In this document: positions 10,601 to 25,506 of the stretch, in pieces
How the letters are laid out: each line of letters opens with the position of its first letter
Position numbering within the stretch: position 1 is the first letter of the stretch
Source: Auanema rhodensis
Lineage: Eukaryota; Animalia; Nematoda
Direction of reading: 5' to 3'
Assembly: GCA_964057225.1 (NCBI GenBank)
Contig: OZ059895.1
Span: 2,852,001 to 2,916,000, forward strand
DNA: 64,000 nucleotides
Program-made: the position numbers and the translations under genes
Notes under the pieces: generated by a model
The model's input: the letters and a program-made list of their open reading frames with translations, nothing else
The model's database searches: none
Told to the model about the DNA's origin: nothing

Positions 10601-13600
10601 CTTGTAAAGATAGTAATATATCATATGTTGAACACTATGTTGGAAAGATTTTAATTCATATTTTCTAACTTTTATTCAGATTGTTTTTTAAACTTTGATT
10701 AAGAACTTTGATTTTTGTACACCCATAAATTATACGCAGCACAGGTTACCCTTAAATAATGAACTGACCGACTAATCAGACATGGATCTTTCCTAGTTCT
10801 GTTGCTTGAATGGATGTTTTCCTACGTAGGCTAGTAAAACATGCCCTTCAAAGCATCAGAACATGTGATCACATTCCAATTTTTTTGTATCTATCTTGTA
10901 AAGATATTAATATATCATATGTTGAACACTATGTTGGAAAGATTTTAATTCAGATTTTCTAACTTTTATTCAGTTTGTTTTTTAAATTTTGATTAAGAAC
11001 TTTGATTTTTGTACACCCATAAATTATACGCAGCACAGGTTACCCTTGAATAATGAACTGACCGACTAATCAGACATGGATCTTTCCTAGTTCTGTTGCT
11101 TGAATGGATGTTTTCCTATGTAGGCTAGTAAAACATGCCCTTCAAAGCATCAGAACATGTGATCACATTCCAATTTTTTTGTATCTATCTTGTAAAGATA
11201 GTAATAAACTTTGATTTTTGTACACCCATAAATTATACGCAGCACAGGTTACCCTTAAATAATGAACTGACCGACTAATCAGACATGGATCTTTCCAAGT
11301 TCTGTTGCTTGAACGGATGTTTTCCTACGTAGGCTAGTAAAACATGCCCTTCAAAGCATCAGAACATGTGATCACATTTCAATTTTTTTGTATCTATCTT
11401 GTAAAGATAGTAATATATCATATGTTGAACACTATGTTGGAAAGATTTTAATTCATATTTTTTCAACTTTCACTCAGTTTGTTTTCTAAACTTTGATTAA
11501 GAACCTTGAGTTTTGTACACCCATAAATTATACGCAGCACAGGTTACCCTTAAATAATGAACTGACCGACTAATCAGACATGGATCTTTCCAAGTTCTGT
11601 TGCTTGAATGGATGTTTTCCTACGTAGGCTAGTAAAACATGCCCTTCAAAGCATCAGAACATGTGACCACATTCCAATTTTTTTGTATCTATCTTGTAAA
11701 GATAGTAATATATCATATGTTGAACACTATGTTGGAAAGATTTTAATTCATATTTTCTAACTTTTATTCAGTTTGTTTTTTAAACTTTGATTAAGAACTT
11801 TGATTTTTGTACACCCATAAATTATACGCAGCACAGGTTACCCTTAAATAATGAACTGACCGACTAATCAGACATGGATCTTTCCTAGTTCTGTTGCTTG
11901 AATGGATGTTTTCCTACGTAGGCTAGTAAAACATGCCCTTCAAAGCATCAGAACATGTGATCACATTCCAATATTTTTGTATCTATCTTGTAAAGATATT
12001 AATATATCATATGTTGAACACTATGTTGGAAAGATTTTAATTCAGATTTTCTAACTTTTATTCAGTTTGTTTTTTAAATTTTGATTAAGAACTTTGATTT
12101 TTGTACACCCATAAATTATACGCAGCACAGGTTACCCTTGAATAATGAACTGACCGACTAATCAGACATGGATCTTTCCAAGTTTTGTTGCTTGAATGGA
12201 TGTTTTCCTACGTAGGCTAGTAAAACATGCCCTTCAAAGCATCAGAACATGTGATCACATTCCAATTTTTTTGTATCTATCTTGTAAAGATAGTAATAAA
12301 CTTTGATTTTTGTACACCCATAAATTATACGCAGCACAGGTTACCCTTAAATAATGAACTGACCGACTAATCAGACATGGATCTTTCCAAGTTCTGTTGC
12401 TTGAACGGATGTTTTCCTACGTAGGCTAGTAAAACATGCCCTTCAAAGCATCAGAACATGTGATCACATTTCAATTTTTTTGTATCTATCTTGTAAAGAT
12501 AGTAATATATCATATGTTGAACACTATGTTGGAAAGATTTTAATTCATATTTTCTAACTTTTATTCAGTTTGTTTTTTAAACTTTGATTAAGAACTTTGA
12601 TTTTTGTACACCCATAAATTATACGCAGCACAGGTTACCCTTAAATAATGAACTGACCGACTAATCAGACATGGATCTTTCCTAGTTCTGTTGCTTGAAT
12701 GGATGTTTTCCTACGTAGGCTAGTAAAACATGCCCTTCAAAGCATCAGAACATGTGATCACATTCCAATATTTTTGTATCTATCTTGTAAAGATATTAAT
12801 ATATCATATGTTGAACACTATGTTGGAAAGATTTTAATTCAGATTTTCTAACTTTTATTCAGTTTGTTTTTTAAATTTTGATTAAGAACTTTGATTTTTG
12901 TACACCCATAAATTATACGCAGCACAGGTTACCCTTAAATAATGAACTGACCGACTAATCAGACATGGATCTTTCCTAGTTCTGTTGCTTGAATGGATGT
13001 TTTCCTACGTAGGCTAGTAAAACATGCCCTTCAAAGCATCAGAACATGTGATCACATTCCAATATTTTTGTATCTATCTTGTAAAGATATTAATATATCA
13101 TATGTTGAACACTATGTTGGAAAGATTTTAATTCAGATTTTCTAACTTTTATTCAGTTTGTTTTTTAAATTTTGATTAAGAACTTTGATTTTTGTACACC
13201 CATAAATTATACGCAGCACAGGTTACCCTTAAATAATGAACTGACCGACTAATCAGACATGGATCTTTCCAAGTTCTGTTGCTTGAACGGATGTTTTCCT
13301 ACGTAGGCTAGTAAAACATGCCCTTCAAAGCATCAGAACATGTGATCACATTTCAATTTTTTTGTATCTATCTTGTAAAGATAGTAATATATCATATGTT
13401 GAACACTATGTTCGAAAGATTTTAATTCAGATTTTTTCAACTTTCACTCAGTTTGTTTTCTAAACTTTGATTAAGAACCTTGTTGTTTGTACACCCATAA
13501 AATATACGCAGCACAGGTTACCCTTAAATAATGAACTGACCGACTAATCAGACATGGATCTTTCCTAGTTCTGTTGCTTGAATGGATGTTTTCCTACGTA

Positions 13601-15588
13601 GGCTAGTAAAACATGCCCTTCAAAGCATCAGAACATGTGATCACATTCCAATTTTTTTGAAATCTATCTAGTAAAGATAGTAATAAACTTTGATTTTTGT
13701 ACACCCATAAATTATACGCAGCACAGGTTACCCTTAAATAATGAACTGACCGACTAATCAGACATGGATCTTTCCAAGTTTTGTTGCTTGAATGGATGTT
13801 TTCCTACGTAGGCTAGTAAAACATGCCCTTCAAAGCATCAGAACATGTGATCACATTTCAATTTTTTTGTATCTATCTTGTAAAGATAGTAATATATCAT
13901 ATGTTGAACACTATGTTCGAAAGATTTTAATTCAGATTTTTTCAACTTTCACTCAGTTTGTTTTCTAAACTTTGATTAAGAACCTTGTTGTTTGTACACC
14001 CATAAAATATACGCAGCACAGGTTACCCTTAAATAATGAACTGACCGACTAATCAGACATGGATCTTTCCTAGTTCTGTTGCTTGAATGGATGTTTTCCT
14101 ACGTAGGCTAGTAAAACATGCCCTTCAAAGCATCAGAACATGTGATCACATTCCAATTTTTTTGAAATCTATCTAGTAAAGATAGTGATAAACTTTGATT
14201 TTTGTACACCCATAAATTATACGCAGCACAGGTTACCCTTAAATAATGAACTGACCGACTAATCAGACATGGATCTTTCCAAGTTTTGTTGCTTGAATGG
14301 ATGTTTTCCTACGTAGGCTAGTAAAACATGCCCTTCAAAGCATCAGAACATGTGACCACATTCCAATTTTTTTGTATCTATCTTGTAAAGATAGTAATAT
14401 ATCATATGTTGAACACTATGTTGGAAAGATTTTAATTCAGATTTTCTAACTTTCATTCAGTTTGTTTTTTAAACTTTGATTAAGAACTTTGATTTTTGTA
14501 CACCCATAAATTATACGCAGCACAGGTTACCCTTAAATAATGAACTGACCGACTAATCAGACATGGATCTTTCCTAGTTCTGTTGCTTGAATGGATGTTT
14601 TCCTACGTAGGCTAGTAAAACATGCCCTTCAAAGCATCAGAACATGTGATCACATTCCAATATTTTTGTATCTATCTTGTAAAGATAGTAATATATCATA
14701 TGTTGAACACTATGTTGGAAAGATTTTAATTCAGATTTTCTAACTTTTATTCAGTTTGTTTTTTAAATTTTGATTAAGAACTTTGATTTTTGTACACCCA
14801 TAAATTATACGCAGCACAGGTTACCCTTGAATAATGAACTGACCGACTAATCAGACATGGGTCTTTCCTAGTTCTGTTGCTTGAATGGATGTTTTCCTAT
14901 GTAGGCTAGTAAAACATGCCCTTCAAAGCATCAGAACATGTGATCACATTCCAATTTTTTTGTATCTATCTTGTAAAGATAGTAATAAACTTTGATTTTT
15001 GTACACCCATAAATTATACGCAGCACAGGTTACCCTTAAATAATGAACTGACCGACTAATCAGACATGGATCTTTCCAAGTTCTGTTGCTTGAATGGATG
15101 TTTTCCTACGTAGGCTAGTAAAACATGCCCTTCAAAGCATCAGAACATGTGACCACATTCCAATTTTTTTGTATCTATCTTGTAAAGATAGTAATATATC
15201 ATATGTTGAACACTATGTTGGAAAGATTTTAATTCATATTTTCTAACTTTTATTCAGTTTGTTTTTTAAACTTTGATTAAGAACTTTGATTTTTGTACAC
15301 CCATAAATTATACGCAGCACAGGTTACCCTTAAATAATGAACTGACCGACTAATCAGACATGGATCTTTCCTAGTTCTGTTGCTTGAATGGATGTTTTCC
15401 TACGTAGGCTAGTAAAACATGCCCTTCAAAGCATCAGAACATGTGATCACATTCCAATATTTTTGTATCTATCTTGTAAAGATATTAATATATCATATGT
15501 TGAACACTATGTTCGAAAGATTTTAATTCAGATTTTCTAACTTTTATTCAGTTTGTTTTTTAAACTTTGATTAAGAACTTTGATTTTT

Positions 15589-18500
15589 GTACACCCATAA
15601 ATTATACGCAGCACAGGTTACCCTTAAATAATGAACTGACCGACTAATCAGACATGGATCTTTCCTAGTTCTGTTGCTTGAATGGATGTTTTCCTACGTA
15701 GGCTAGTAAAACATGCCCTTCAAAGCATCAGAACATGTGATCACATTCCAATTTTTTTGTATCTATCTTGTAAAGATAGTAATAAACTTTGATTTTTGTA
15801 CACCCATAAATTATACGCAGCACAGGTTACCCTTAAATAATGAACTGACCGACTAATCAGACATGGATCTTTCCAAGTTCTGTTGCTTGAACGGATGTTT
15901 TCCTACGTAGGCTAGTAAAACATGCCCTTCAAAGCATCAGAACATGTGATCACATTTCAATTTTTTTGTATCTATCTTGTAAAGATAGTAATATATCATA
16001 TGTTGAACACTATGTTCGAAAGATTTTAATTCAGATTTTTTCAACTTTCACTCAGTTTGTTTTCTAAACTTTGATTAAGAACCTTGTTGTTTGTACACCC
16101 ATAAAATATACGCAGCACAGGTTACCCTTAAATAATGAACTGACCGTCTAATCAGACATGGATCTTCCCAAGTTCTGTTGCTTGAATGGATGTTTTCCTA
16201 CGTAGGCTAGTAAAACATGCCCTTCAAAGCATCAGAACATGTGATCACATTCCAATTTTTTTGTATCTATCTTGTAAAGATAGTAACATATCATATGTTG
16301 AACACTATGTTGGAAAGATTTTAATTCAGATTTTCTAACTTTTATTCAGTTTGTTTTTTAAACTTTGATTAAGAACTTTGATTTTTGTACACCCATAAAT
16401 TATACGCAGCACAGGTTACCCTTAAATAATGAACTGACCGACTAATCAGACATGGATCTTTCCTAGTTCTGTTGCTTGAATGGATGTTTTCCTACGTAGG
16501 CTAGTAAAACATGCCCTTCAAAGCATCAGAACATGTGATCACATTCCAATTTTTTTGAAATCTATCTAGTAAAGATAGTAATAAACTTTGATTTTTGTAC
16601 ACCCATAAATTATACGCAGCACAGGTTACCCTTAAATAATGAACTGACCGACTAATCAGACATGGATCTTTCCAAGTTTTGTTGCTTGAATGGATGTTTT
16701 CCTACGTAGGCTAGTAAAACATGCCCTTCAAAGCATCAGAACATGTGACCACATTCCAATTTTTTTGTATCTATCTTGTAAAGATAGTAATATATCATAT
16801 GTTGAACACTATGTTGGAAAGATTTTAATTCAGATTTTCTAACTTTTATTCAGTTTGTTTTTTAAACTTTGATTAAGAACTTTGATTTTTGTACACCCAT
16901 AAATTATACGCAGCACAGGTTACCCTTAAATAATGAACTGACCGACTAATCAGACATGGATCTTTCCTAGTTCTGTTGCTTGAATGGATGTTTTCCTACG
17001 TATGCTAGTAAAACATGCCCTTCAAAGCATCAGAACATGTGATCACATTCCAATATTTTTGTATCTATCTTGTAAAGATAGTAATATATCATATGTTGAA
17101 CACTATGTTGGAAAGATTTTAATTCAGATTTTCTAACTTTTATTCAGTTTGTTTTTTAAATTTTGATTAAGAACTTTGATTTTTGTACACCCATAAATTA
17201 TACGCAGCACAGGTTACCCTTGAATAATGAACTGACCGACTAATCAGACATGGATCTTTCCTAGTTCTGTTGCTTGAATGGATGTTTTCCTATGTAGGCT
17301 AGTAAAACATGCCCTTCAAAGCATCAGAACATGTGATCACATTCCAATTTTTTTGTATCTATCTTGTAAAGATAGTAATAAACTTTGATTTTTGTACACC
17401 CATAAATTATACGCAGCACAGGTTACCCTTAAATAATGAACTGACCGACTAATCAGACATGGATCTTTCCAAGTTCTGTTGCTTGAACGGATGTTTTCCT
17501 ACGTAGGCTAGTAAAACATGCCCTTCAAAGCATCAGAACATGTGATCACATTTCAATTTTTTTGTATCTATCTTGTAAAGATAGTAATATATCATATGTT
17601 GAACACTATGTTGGAAAGATTTTAATTCAGATTTTTTCAACTTTCACTCAGTTTGTTTTCTAAACTTTGATTAAGAACCTTGTTGTTTGTACACCCATAA
17701 AATATACGCAGCACAGGTTACCCTTAAATAATGAACTGACCGTCTAATCAGACATGGATCTTCCCAAGTTCTGTTGCTTGAATGGATGTTTTCCTACGTA
17801 GGCTAGTAAAACATGCCCTTCAAAGCATCAGAACATGTGATCACATTCCAATTTTTTTGTATCTATCTTGTAAAGATAGTAATATATCATATGTTGAACA
17901 CTATGTTGGAAAGATTTTAATTCAGATTTTCTAACTTTTATTCAGTTTGTTTTTTAAACTTTGATTAAGAAATTTGATTTTTGTACACCCATAAATTATA
18001 CGCAGCACAGGTTACCCTTAAATAATGAACTGACCGACTAATCAGACATGGATCTTTCCTAGTTCTGTTGCTTGAATGGATGTTTTCCTACGTAGGCTAG
18101 TAAAACATGCCCTTCAAAGCATCAGAACATGTGATCACATTCCAATTTTTTTGAAATCTATCTTGTAAAGATAGTAATAAACTTTGATTTTTGTACACCC
18201 ATAAATTATACGCAGCACAGGTTACCCTTAAATAATGAACTGACCGACTAATCAGACATGGATCTTTCCAAGTTTTGTTGCTTGAATGGATGTTTTCCTA
18301 CGTAGGCTAGTAAAACATGCCCTTCAAAGCATCAGAACATGTGACCACATTCCAATTTTTTTGTATCTATCTTGTAAAGATAGTAATATATCATATGTTG
18401 AACACTATGTTGGAAAGATTTTAATTCAGATTTTCTAACTTTTATTCAGTTTGTTTTTTAAACTTTGATTAAGAACTTTGATTTTTGTACAACCATAAAT

Positions 18501-18780
18501 TATACGCAGCACAGGTTACCCTTAAATAATGAACTGACCGACTAATCAGACATGGATCTTTCCTAGTTCTGTTGCTTGAATGGATGTTTTCCTACGTAGG
18601 CTAGTAAAACATGCCCTTCAAAGCATCAGAACATGTGATCACATTCCAATATTTTTGTATCTATCTTGTAAAGATAGTAATATATCATATGTTGAACACT
18701 ATGTTGGAAAGATTTTAATTCAGATTTTCTAACTTTTATTCAGTTTGTTTTTTAAATTTTGATTAAGAACTTTGATTTTT
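15589..18780 (+). repeat. 1596-bp 6-mer higher-order unit (S-B2-A-S'-A-A), built of two 798-bp trimers
   Basis: Anchors 15589, 15798, 16093, 16387, 16597, 16891, 17185, 17394, 17689, 17983, 18193, 18487, 18781. The same order recurs at 28491, 31386, 39362, 44612, 47301 and 52847. Confidence 0.9.
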
Positions 18781-21556
18781 GTACACCCATAAATTATACG
18801 CAGCACAGTTTACCCTTAAATAATGAACTGACCGACTAATCAGACATGGATCTTTCCAAGTTCTGTTGCTTGAACGGATGTTTTCCTACGTAGGCTAGTA
18901 AAACATGCCCTTCAAAGCATCAGAACATGTGATCACATTTCAATTTTTTTGTATCTATCTTGTAAAGATAGTAATATATCATATGTTGAACACTATGTTG
19001 GAAAGATTTTAATTCAGATTTTTTCAACTTTCACTCAGTTTGTTTTCTAAACTTTGATTAAGAACCTTGTTGTTTGTACACCCATAAAATATACGCAGCA
19101 CAGGTTACCCTTAAATAATGAACTGACCGACTAATCAGACATGGATCTTTCCTAGTTCTGTTGCTTGAATGGATGTTTTCCTACGTAGGCTAGTAAAACA
19201 TGCCCTTCAAAGCATCAGAACATGTGATCACATTCCAGTTTTTTTGAAATCTATCTTGTAAAGATAGTAATATATCATATGTTGAACACTATGTTGGAAT
19301 GATTTTAATTCAGATTTTCTAACTTTTATTCAGTTTGTTTTTTAAATTTTGATTAAGAACTTTGATTTTTGTACACCCATAAATTATACGCAGCACAGGT
19401 TACCCTTGAATAATGAACTGACCGACTAATCAGACATGGATCTTTCCTAGTTCTGTTGCTTGAATGGATGTTTTCCTATGTAGGCTAGTAAAACATGCCC
19501 TTCAAAGCATCAGAACATGTGATCACATTCCAATTTTTTTGTATCTATCTTGTAAAGATAGTAATAAACTTTGATTTTTGTACACCCATAAATTATACGC
19601 AGCACAGGTTACCCTTAAATAATGAACTGACCGACTAATCAGACATGGATCTTTCCAAGTTCTGTTGCTTGAACGGATGTTTTCCTACGTAGGCTAGTAA
19701 AACATGCCCTTCAAAGCATCAGAACATGTGATCACATTTCAATTTTTTTGTATCTATCTTGTAAAGATAGTAATATATCATATGTTGAACACTATGTTGG
19801 AAAGATTTTAATTCAGATTTTTTCAACTTTCACTCAGTTTGTTTTCTAAACTTTGATTAAGAACCTTGTTGTTTGTACACCCATAAAATATACGCAGCAC
19901 AGGTTACCCTTAAATAATGAACTGACCGTCTAATCAGACATGGATCTTCCCAAGTTCTGTTGCTTGAATGGATGTTTTCCTACGTAGGCTAGTAAAACAT
20001 GCCCTTCAAAGCATCAGAACATGTGATCACATTCCAATTTTTTTGTATCTATCTTGTAAAGATAGTAATATATCATATGTTGAACACTATGTTGGAAAGA
20101 TTTTAATTCAGATTTTCTAACTTTTATTCAGTTTGTTTTTTAAACTTTGATTAAGAAATTTGATTTTTGTACACCCATAAATTATACGCAGCACAGGTTA
20201 CCCTTAAATAATGAACTGACCGACTAATCAGACATGGATCTTTCCTAGTTCTGTTGCTTGAATGGATGTTTTCCTACGTAGGCTAGTAAAACATGCCCTT
20301 CAAAGCATCAGAACATGTGATCACATTCCAATTTTTTTGAAATCTATCTTGTAAAGATAGTAATAAACTTTGATTTTTGTACACCCATAAATTATACGCA
20401 GCACAGGTTACCCTTAAATAATGAACTGACCGACTAATCAGACATGGATCTTTCCAAGTTTTGTTGCTTGAATGGATGTTTTCCTACGTAGGCTAGTAAA
20501 ACATGCCCTTCAAAGCATCAGAACATGTGACCACATTCCAATTTTTTTGTATCTATCTTGTAAAGATAGTAATATATCATATGTTGAACACTATGTTGGA
20601 AAGATTTTAATTCAGATTTTCTAACTTTTATTCAGTTTGTTTTTTAAACTTTGATTAAGAACTTTGATTTTTGTACAACCATAAATTATACGCAGCACAG
20701 GTTACCCTTAAATAATGAACTGACCGACTAATCAGACATGGATCTTTCCTAGTTCTGTTGCTTGAATGGATGTTTTCCTACGTAGGCTAGTAAAACATGC
20801 CCTTCAAAGCATCAGAACATGTGATCACATTCCAATATTTTTGTATCTATCTTGTAAAGATAGTAATATATCATATGTTGAACACTATGTTGGAAAGATT
20901 TTAATTCAGATTTTCTAACTTTTATTCAGTTTGTTTTTTAAATTTTGATTAAGAACTTTGATTTTTGTACACCCATAAATTATACGCAGCACAGTTTACC
21001 CTTAAATAATGAACTGACCGACTAATCAGACATGGATCTTTCCAAGTTCTGTTGCTTGAACGGATGTTTTCCTACGTAGGCTAGTAAAACATGCCCTTCA
21101 AAGCATCAGAACATGTGATCACATTTCAATTTTTTTGTATCTATCTTGTAAAGATAGTAATATATCATATGTTGAACACTATGTTGGAAAGATTTTAATT
21201 CAGATTTTTTCAACTTTCACTCAGTTTGTTTTCTAAACTTTGATTAAGAACCTTGTTGTTTGTACACCCATAAAATATACGCAGCACAGGTTACCCTTAA
21301 ATAATGAACTGACCGACTAATCAGACATGGATCTTTCCTAGTTCTGTTGCTTGAATGGATGTTTTCCTACGTAGGCTAGTAAAACATGCCCTTCAAAGCA
21401 TCAGAACATGTGATCACATTCCAGTTTTTTTGAAATCTATCTTGTAAAGATAGTAATATATCATATGTTGAACACTATGTTGGAATGATTTTAATTCAGA
21501 TTTTCTAACTTTTATTCAGTTTGTTTTTTAAATTTTGATTAAGAACTTTGATTTTT
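17185..21556 (+). repeat. Tandem duplication of a 2186-bp 8-mer
   Basis: Private SNPs AAGAAATTTG, GTACAACC (18487/20673), CACAGTTTAC and TTGGAATGAT each recur exactly 2186 bp apart. Confidence 0.93.
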
Positions 21557-24500
21557 GTACACCCATAAATTATACGCAGCACAGGTTACCCTTGAATAAT
21601 GAACTGACCGACTAATCAGACATGGATCTTTCCTAGTTCTGTTGCTTGAATGGATGTTTTCCTACGTAGGCTAGTAAAACATGCCCTTCAAAGCATCAGA
21701 ACATGTGATCACATTCCAATTTTTTTGTATCTATCTTGTAAAGATAGTAATAAACTTTGATTTTTGTACACCCAGAAATTATACGCAGCACAGGTTACCC
21801 TTAAATAATGAACTGACCGACTAATCAGACATGGATCTTTCCAAGTTCTGTTGCTTGAACGGATGTTTTCCTACGTAGGCTAGTAAAACATGCCCTTCAA
21901 AGCATCAGAACATGTGATCACATTTCAATTTTTTTGTATCTATCTTGTAAAGATAGTAATATATCATATGTTGAACACTATGTTGGAAAGATTTTAATTC
22001 AGATTTTTTCAACTTTCACTCAGTTTGTTTTCTAAACTTTGATTAAGAACCTTGTTGTTTGTACACCCATAAAATATACGCAGCACAGGTTACCCTTAAA
22101 TAATGAACTGACCGTCTAATCAGACATGGATCTTCCCAAGTTCTGTTGCTTGAATGGATGTTTTCCTACGTAGGCTAGTAAAACATGCCCTTCAAAGCAT
22201 CAGAACATGTGACCACATTCCAATTTTTTTGTATCTATCTTGTAAAGATAGTAATATATCATATGTTGAACACTATGTTGGAAAGATTTTAATTCAGATT
22301 TTCTAACTTTTATTCAGTTTGTTTTTTAAACTTTGATTAAGAACTTTGATTTTTGTACACCCATAAATTATACGCAGCACAGGTTACCCTTAAATAATGA
22401 ACTGACCGACTAATCAGACATGGATCTTCCCAAGTTCTGTTGCTTGAATGGATGTTTTCCTACGTAGGCTAGTAAAACATGCCCTTCAAAGCATCAGAAC
22501 ATGTGATCACATTCCAATTTTTTTGTATCTATCTTGTAAAGATAGTAATATATCTAATGTTGAACACTATGTTGGAAAGATTTTAATTCAGACTTTCTAA
22601 CTTTTATTCAGTTTGTTTTTTAAACTTTGATTAAGAACTTTGATTTTCGTACACCCATAAATTATACGCAGCACAGGTTACCCTTAATTAATGAACTGAC
22701 CGACTAATCAGACATGGATCTTTCCAAGTTCTGTTGCTTGAACGGATGTTTTCCTACGTAGGCTAGTAAAACATGCCCTTCAAAGCATCAGAACATGTGA
22801 CCACATTCCAATTTTTTTGTATCTATCTTGTAAAGATAGTAATATATCATATGTTGAACACTATGTTGGAAAGATTTTAATTCAGATTTTTTCAACTTTC
22901 ACTCAGTTTGTTCTCTAAACTTTGATTAAGAACCTTGAGTTTTGTACACCCATAAATTATACGCAGCACAGGTTACCCTTAAATAATGAACTGACCGACT
23001 AATCAGACATGGATCTTTCCAAGTTCTGTTGCTTGAATGGATGTTTTCCTACGTAGGCTAGTAAAACATGCCCTTCAAAGCATCAGAACATGTGACCACA
23101 TTCCAATTTTTTTGTATCTATCTTGTAAAGATAGTAATATATCATATGTTGAACACTATGTTGGAAAGATTTTAATTCAGATTTTCTAACTTTTATTCAG
23201 TTTGTTTTTTAAACTTTGATTAAGAACTTTGATTTTTGTACACCCATAAATTATACGCAGCACAGGTTACCCTTAAATAATGAACTGACCGTCTAATCAG
23301 ACATGGATCTTCCCAAGTTCTGTTGCTTGAACGGATGTTTTCCTACGTAGGCTAGTAAAACATGCCCTTCAAAGCATCAGAACATGTGATCACATTTCAA
23401 TTTTTTTGTATCTATCTTGTAAAGATAGTAATATATCATATGTTGAACACTATGTTCGAAAGATTTTAATTCAGATTTTTTCAACTTTCACTCAGTTTGT
23501 TTTCTAAACTTTGATTAAGAACCTTGTTGTTTGTACACCCATAAAATATACGCAGCACAGGTTACCCTTAAATAATGAACTGACCGTCTAATCAGACATG
23601 GATCTTCCCAAGTTCTGTTGCTTGAATGGATGTTTTCCTACGTAGGCTAGTAAAACATGCCCTTCAAAGCATCAGAACATGTGACCACATTCCAATTTTT
23701 TTGTATCTATCTTGTAAAGATAGTAATATATCATATGTTGAACACTATGTTGGAAAGATTTTAATTCAGATTTTCTAACTTTTATTCAGTTTGTTTTTTA
23801 AACTTTGATTAAGAACTTTGATTTTTGTACACCCATAAATTATACGCAGCACAGGTTACCCTTAAATAATGAACTGACCGACTAATCAGACATGGATCTT
23901 TCCTAGTTCTGTTGCTTGAATGGATGTTTTCCTACGTAGGCTAGTAAAACATGCCCTTCAAAGCATCAGAACATGTGATCACATTCCAATATTTTTGTAT
24001 CTATCTTGTAAAGATAGTAATATATCATATGTTGAACACTATGTTGGAAAGATTTTAATTCAGATTTTCTAACTTTTATTCAGTTTGTTTTTTAAATTTT
24101 GATTAAGAACTTTGATTTTTGTACACCCATAAATTATACGCAGCACAGGTTACCCTTGAATAATGAACTGACCGACTAATCAGACATGGATCTTTCCTAG
24201 TTCTGTTGCTTGAATGGATGTTTTCCTATGTAGGCTAGTAAAACATGCCCTTCAAAGCATCAGAACATGTGATCACATTCCAATTTTTTTGTATCTATCT
24301 TGTAAAGATAGTAATAAACTTTGATTTTTGTACACCCATAAATTATACGCAGCACAGGTTACCCTTAAATAATGAACTGACCGACTAATCAGACATGGAT
24401 CTTTCCAAGTTCTGTTGCTTGAACGGATGTTTTCCTACGTAGGCTAGTAAAACATGCCCTTCAAAGCATCAGAACATGTGATCACATTTCAATTTTTTTG

Positions 24501-25506
24501 TATCTATCTTGTAAAGATAGTAATATATCATATGTTGAACACTATGTTGGAAAGATTTTAATTCAGATTTTTTCAACTTTCACTCAGTTTGTTTTCTAAA
24601 CTTTGATTAAGAACCTTGTTGTTTGTACAACCATAAAATATACGCAGCACAGGTTACCCTTAAATAATGAACTGACCGTCTAATCAGACATGGATCTTCC
24701 CAAGTTCTGTTGCTTGAATGGATGTTTTCCTACGTAGGCTAGTAAAACATGCCCTTCAAAGCATCAGAACATGTGATCACATTCCAATTTTTTTGTATCT
24801 ATCTTGTAAAGATAGTAATATATCATATGTTGAACACTATGTTGGAAAGATTTTAATTCAGATTTTCTAACTTTTATTCAGTTTGTTTTTTAAACTTTGA
24901 TTAAGAACTTTGATTTTTGTACACCCATAAATTATACGCAGCACAGGTTACCCTTAAATAATGAACTGACCGACTAATCAGACATGGATCTTTCCTAGTT
25001 CTGTTGCTTGAATGGATGTTTTCCTACGTAGGCTAGTAAAACATGCCCTTCAAAGCATCAGAACATGTGACCACATTCCAATTTTTTTGTATCTATCTTG
25101 TAAAGATAGTAATATATCATATGTTGAACACTATGTTGGAAAGATTTTAATTCAGATTTTCTAACTTTTATTCAGTTTGTTTTTTAAACTTTGATTAAGA
25201 ACTTTGATTTTTGTACACCCATAAATTATACGCAGCACAGGTTACCCTTAAATAATGAACTGACCGACTAATCAGACATGGATCTTTCCTAGTTCTGTTG
25301 CTTGAATGGATGTTTTCCTACGTAGGCTAGTAAAACATGCCCTTCAAAGCATCAGAACATGTGATCACATTCCAATATTTTTGTATCTATCTTGTAAAGA
25401 TAGTAATATATCATATGTTGAACACTATGTTGGAAAGATTTTAATTCAGATTTTCTAACTTTTATTCAGTTTGTTTTTTAAATTTTGATTAAGAACTTTG
25501 ATTTTT

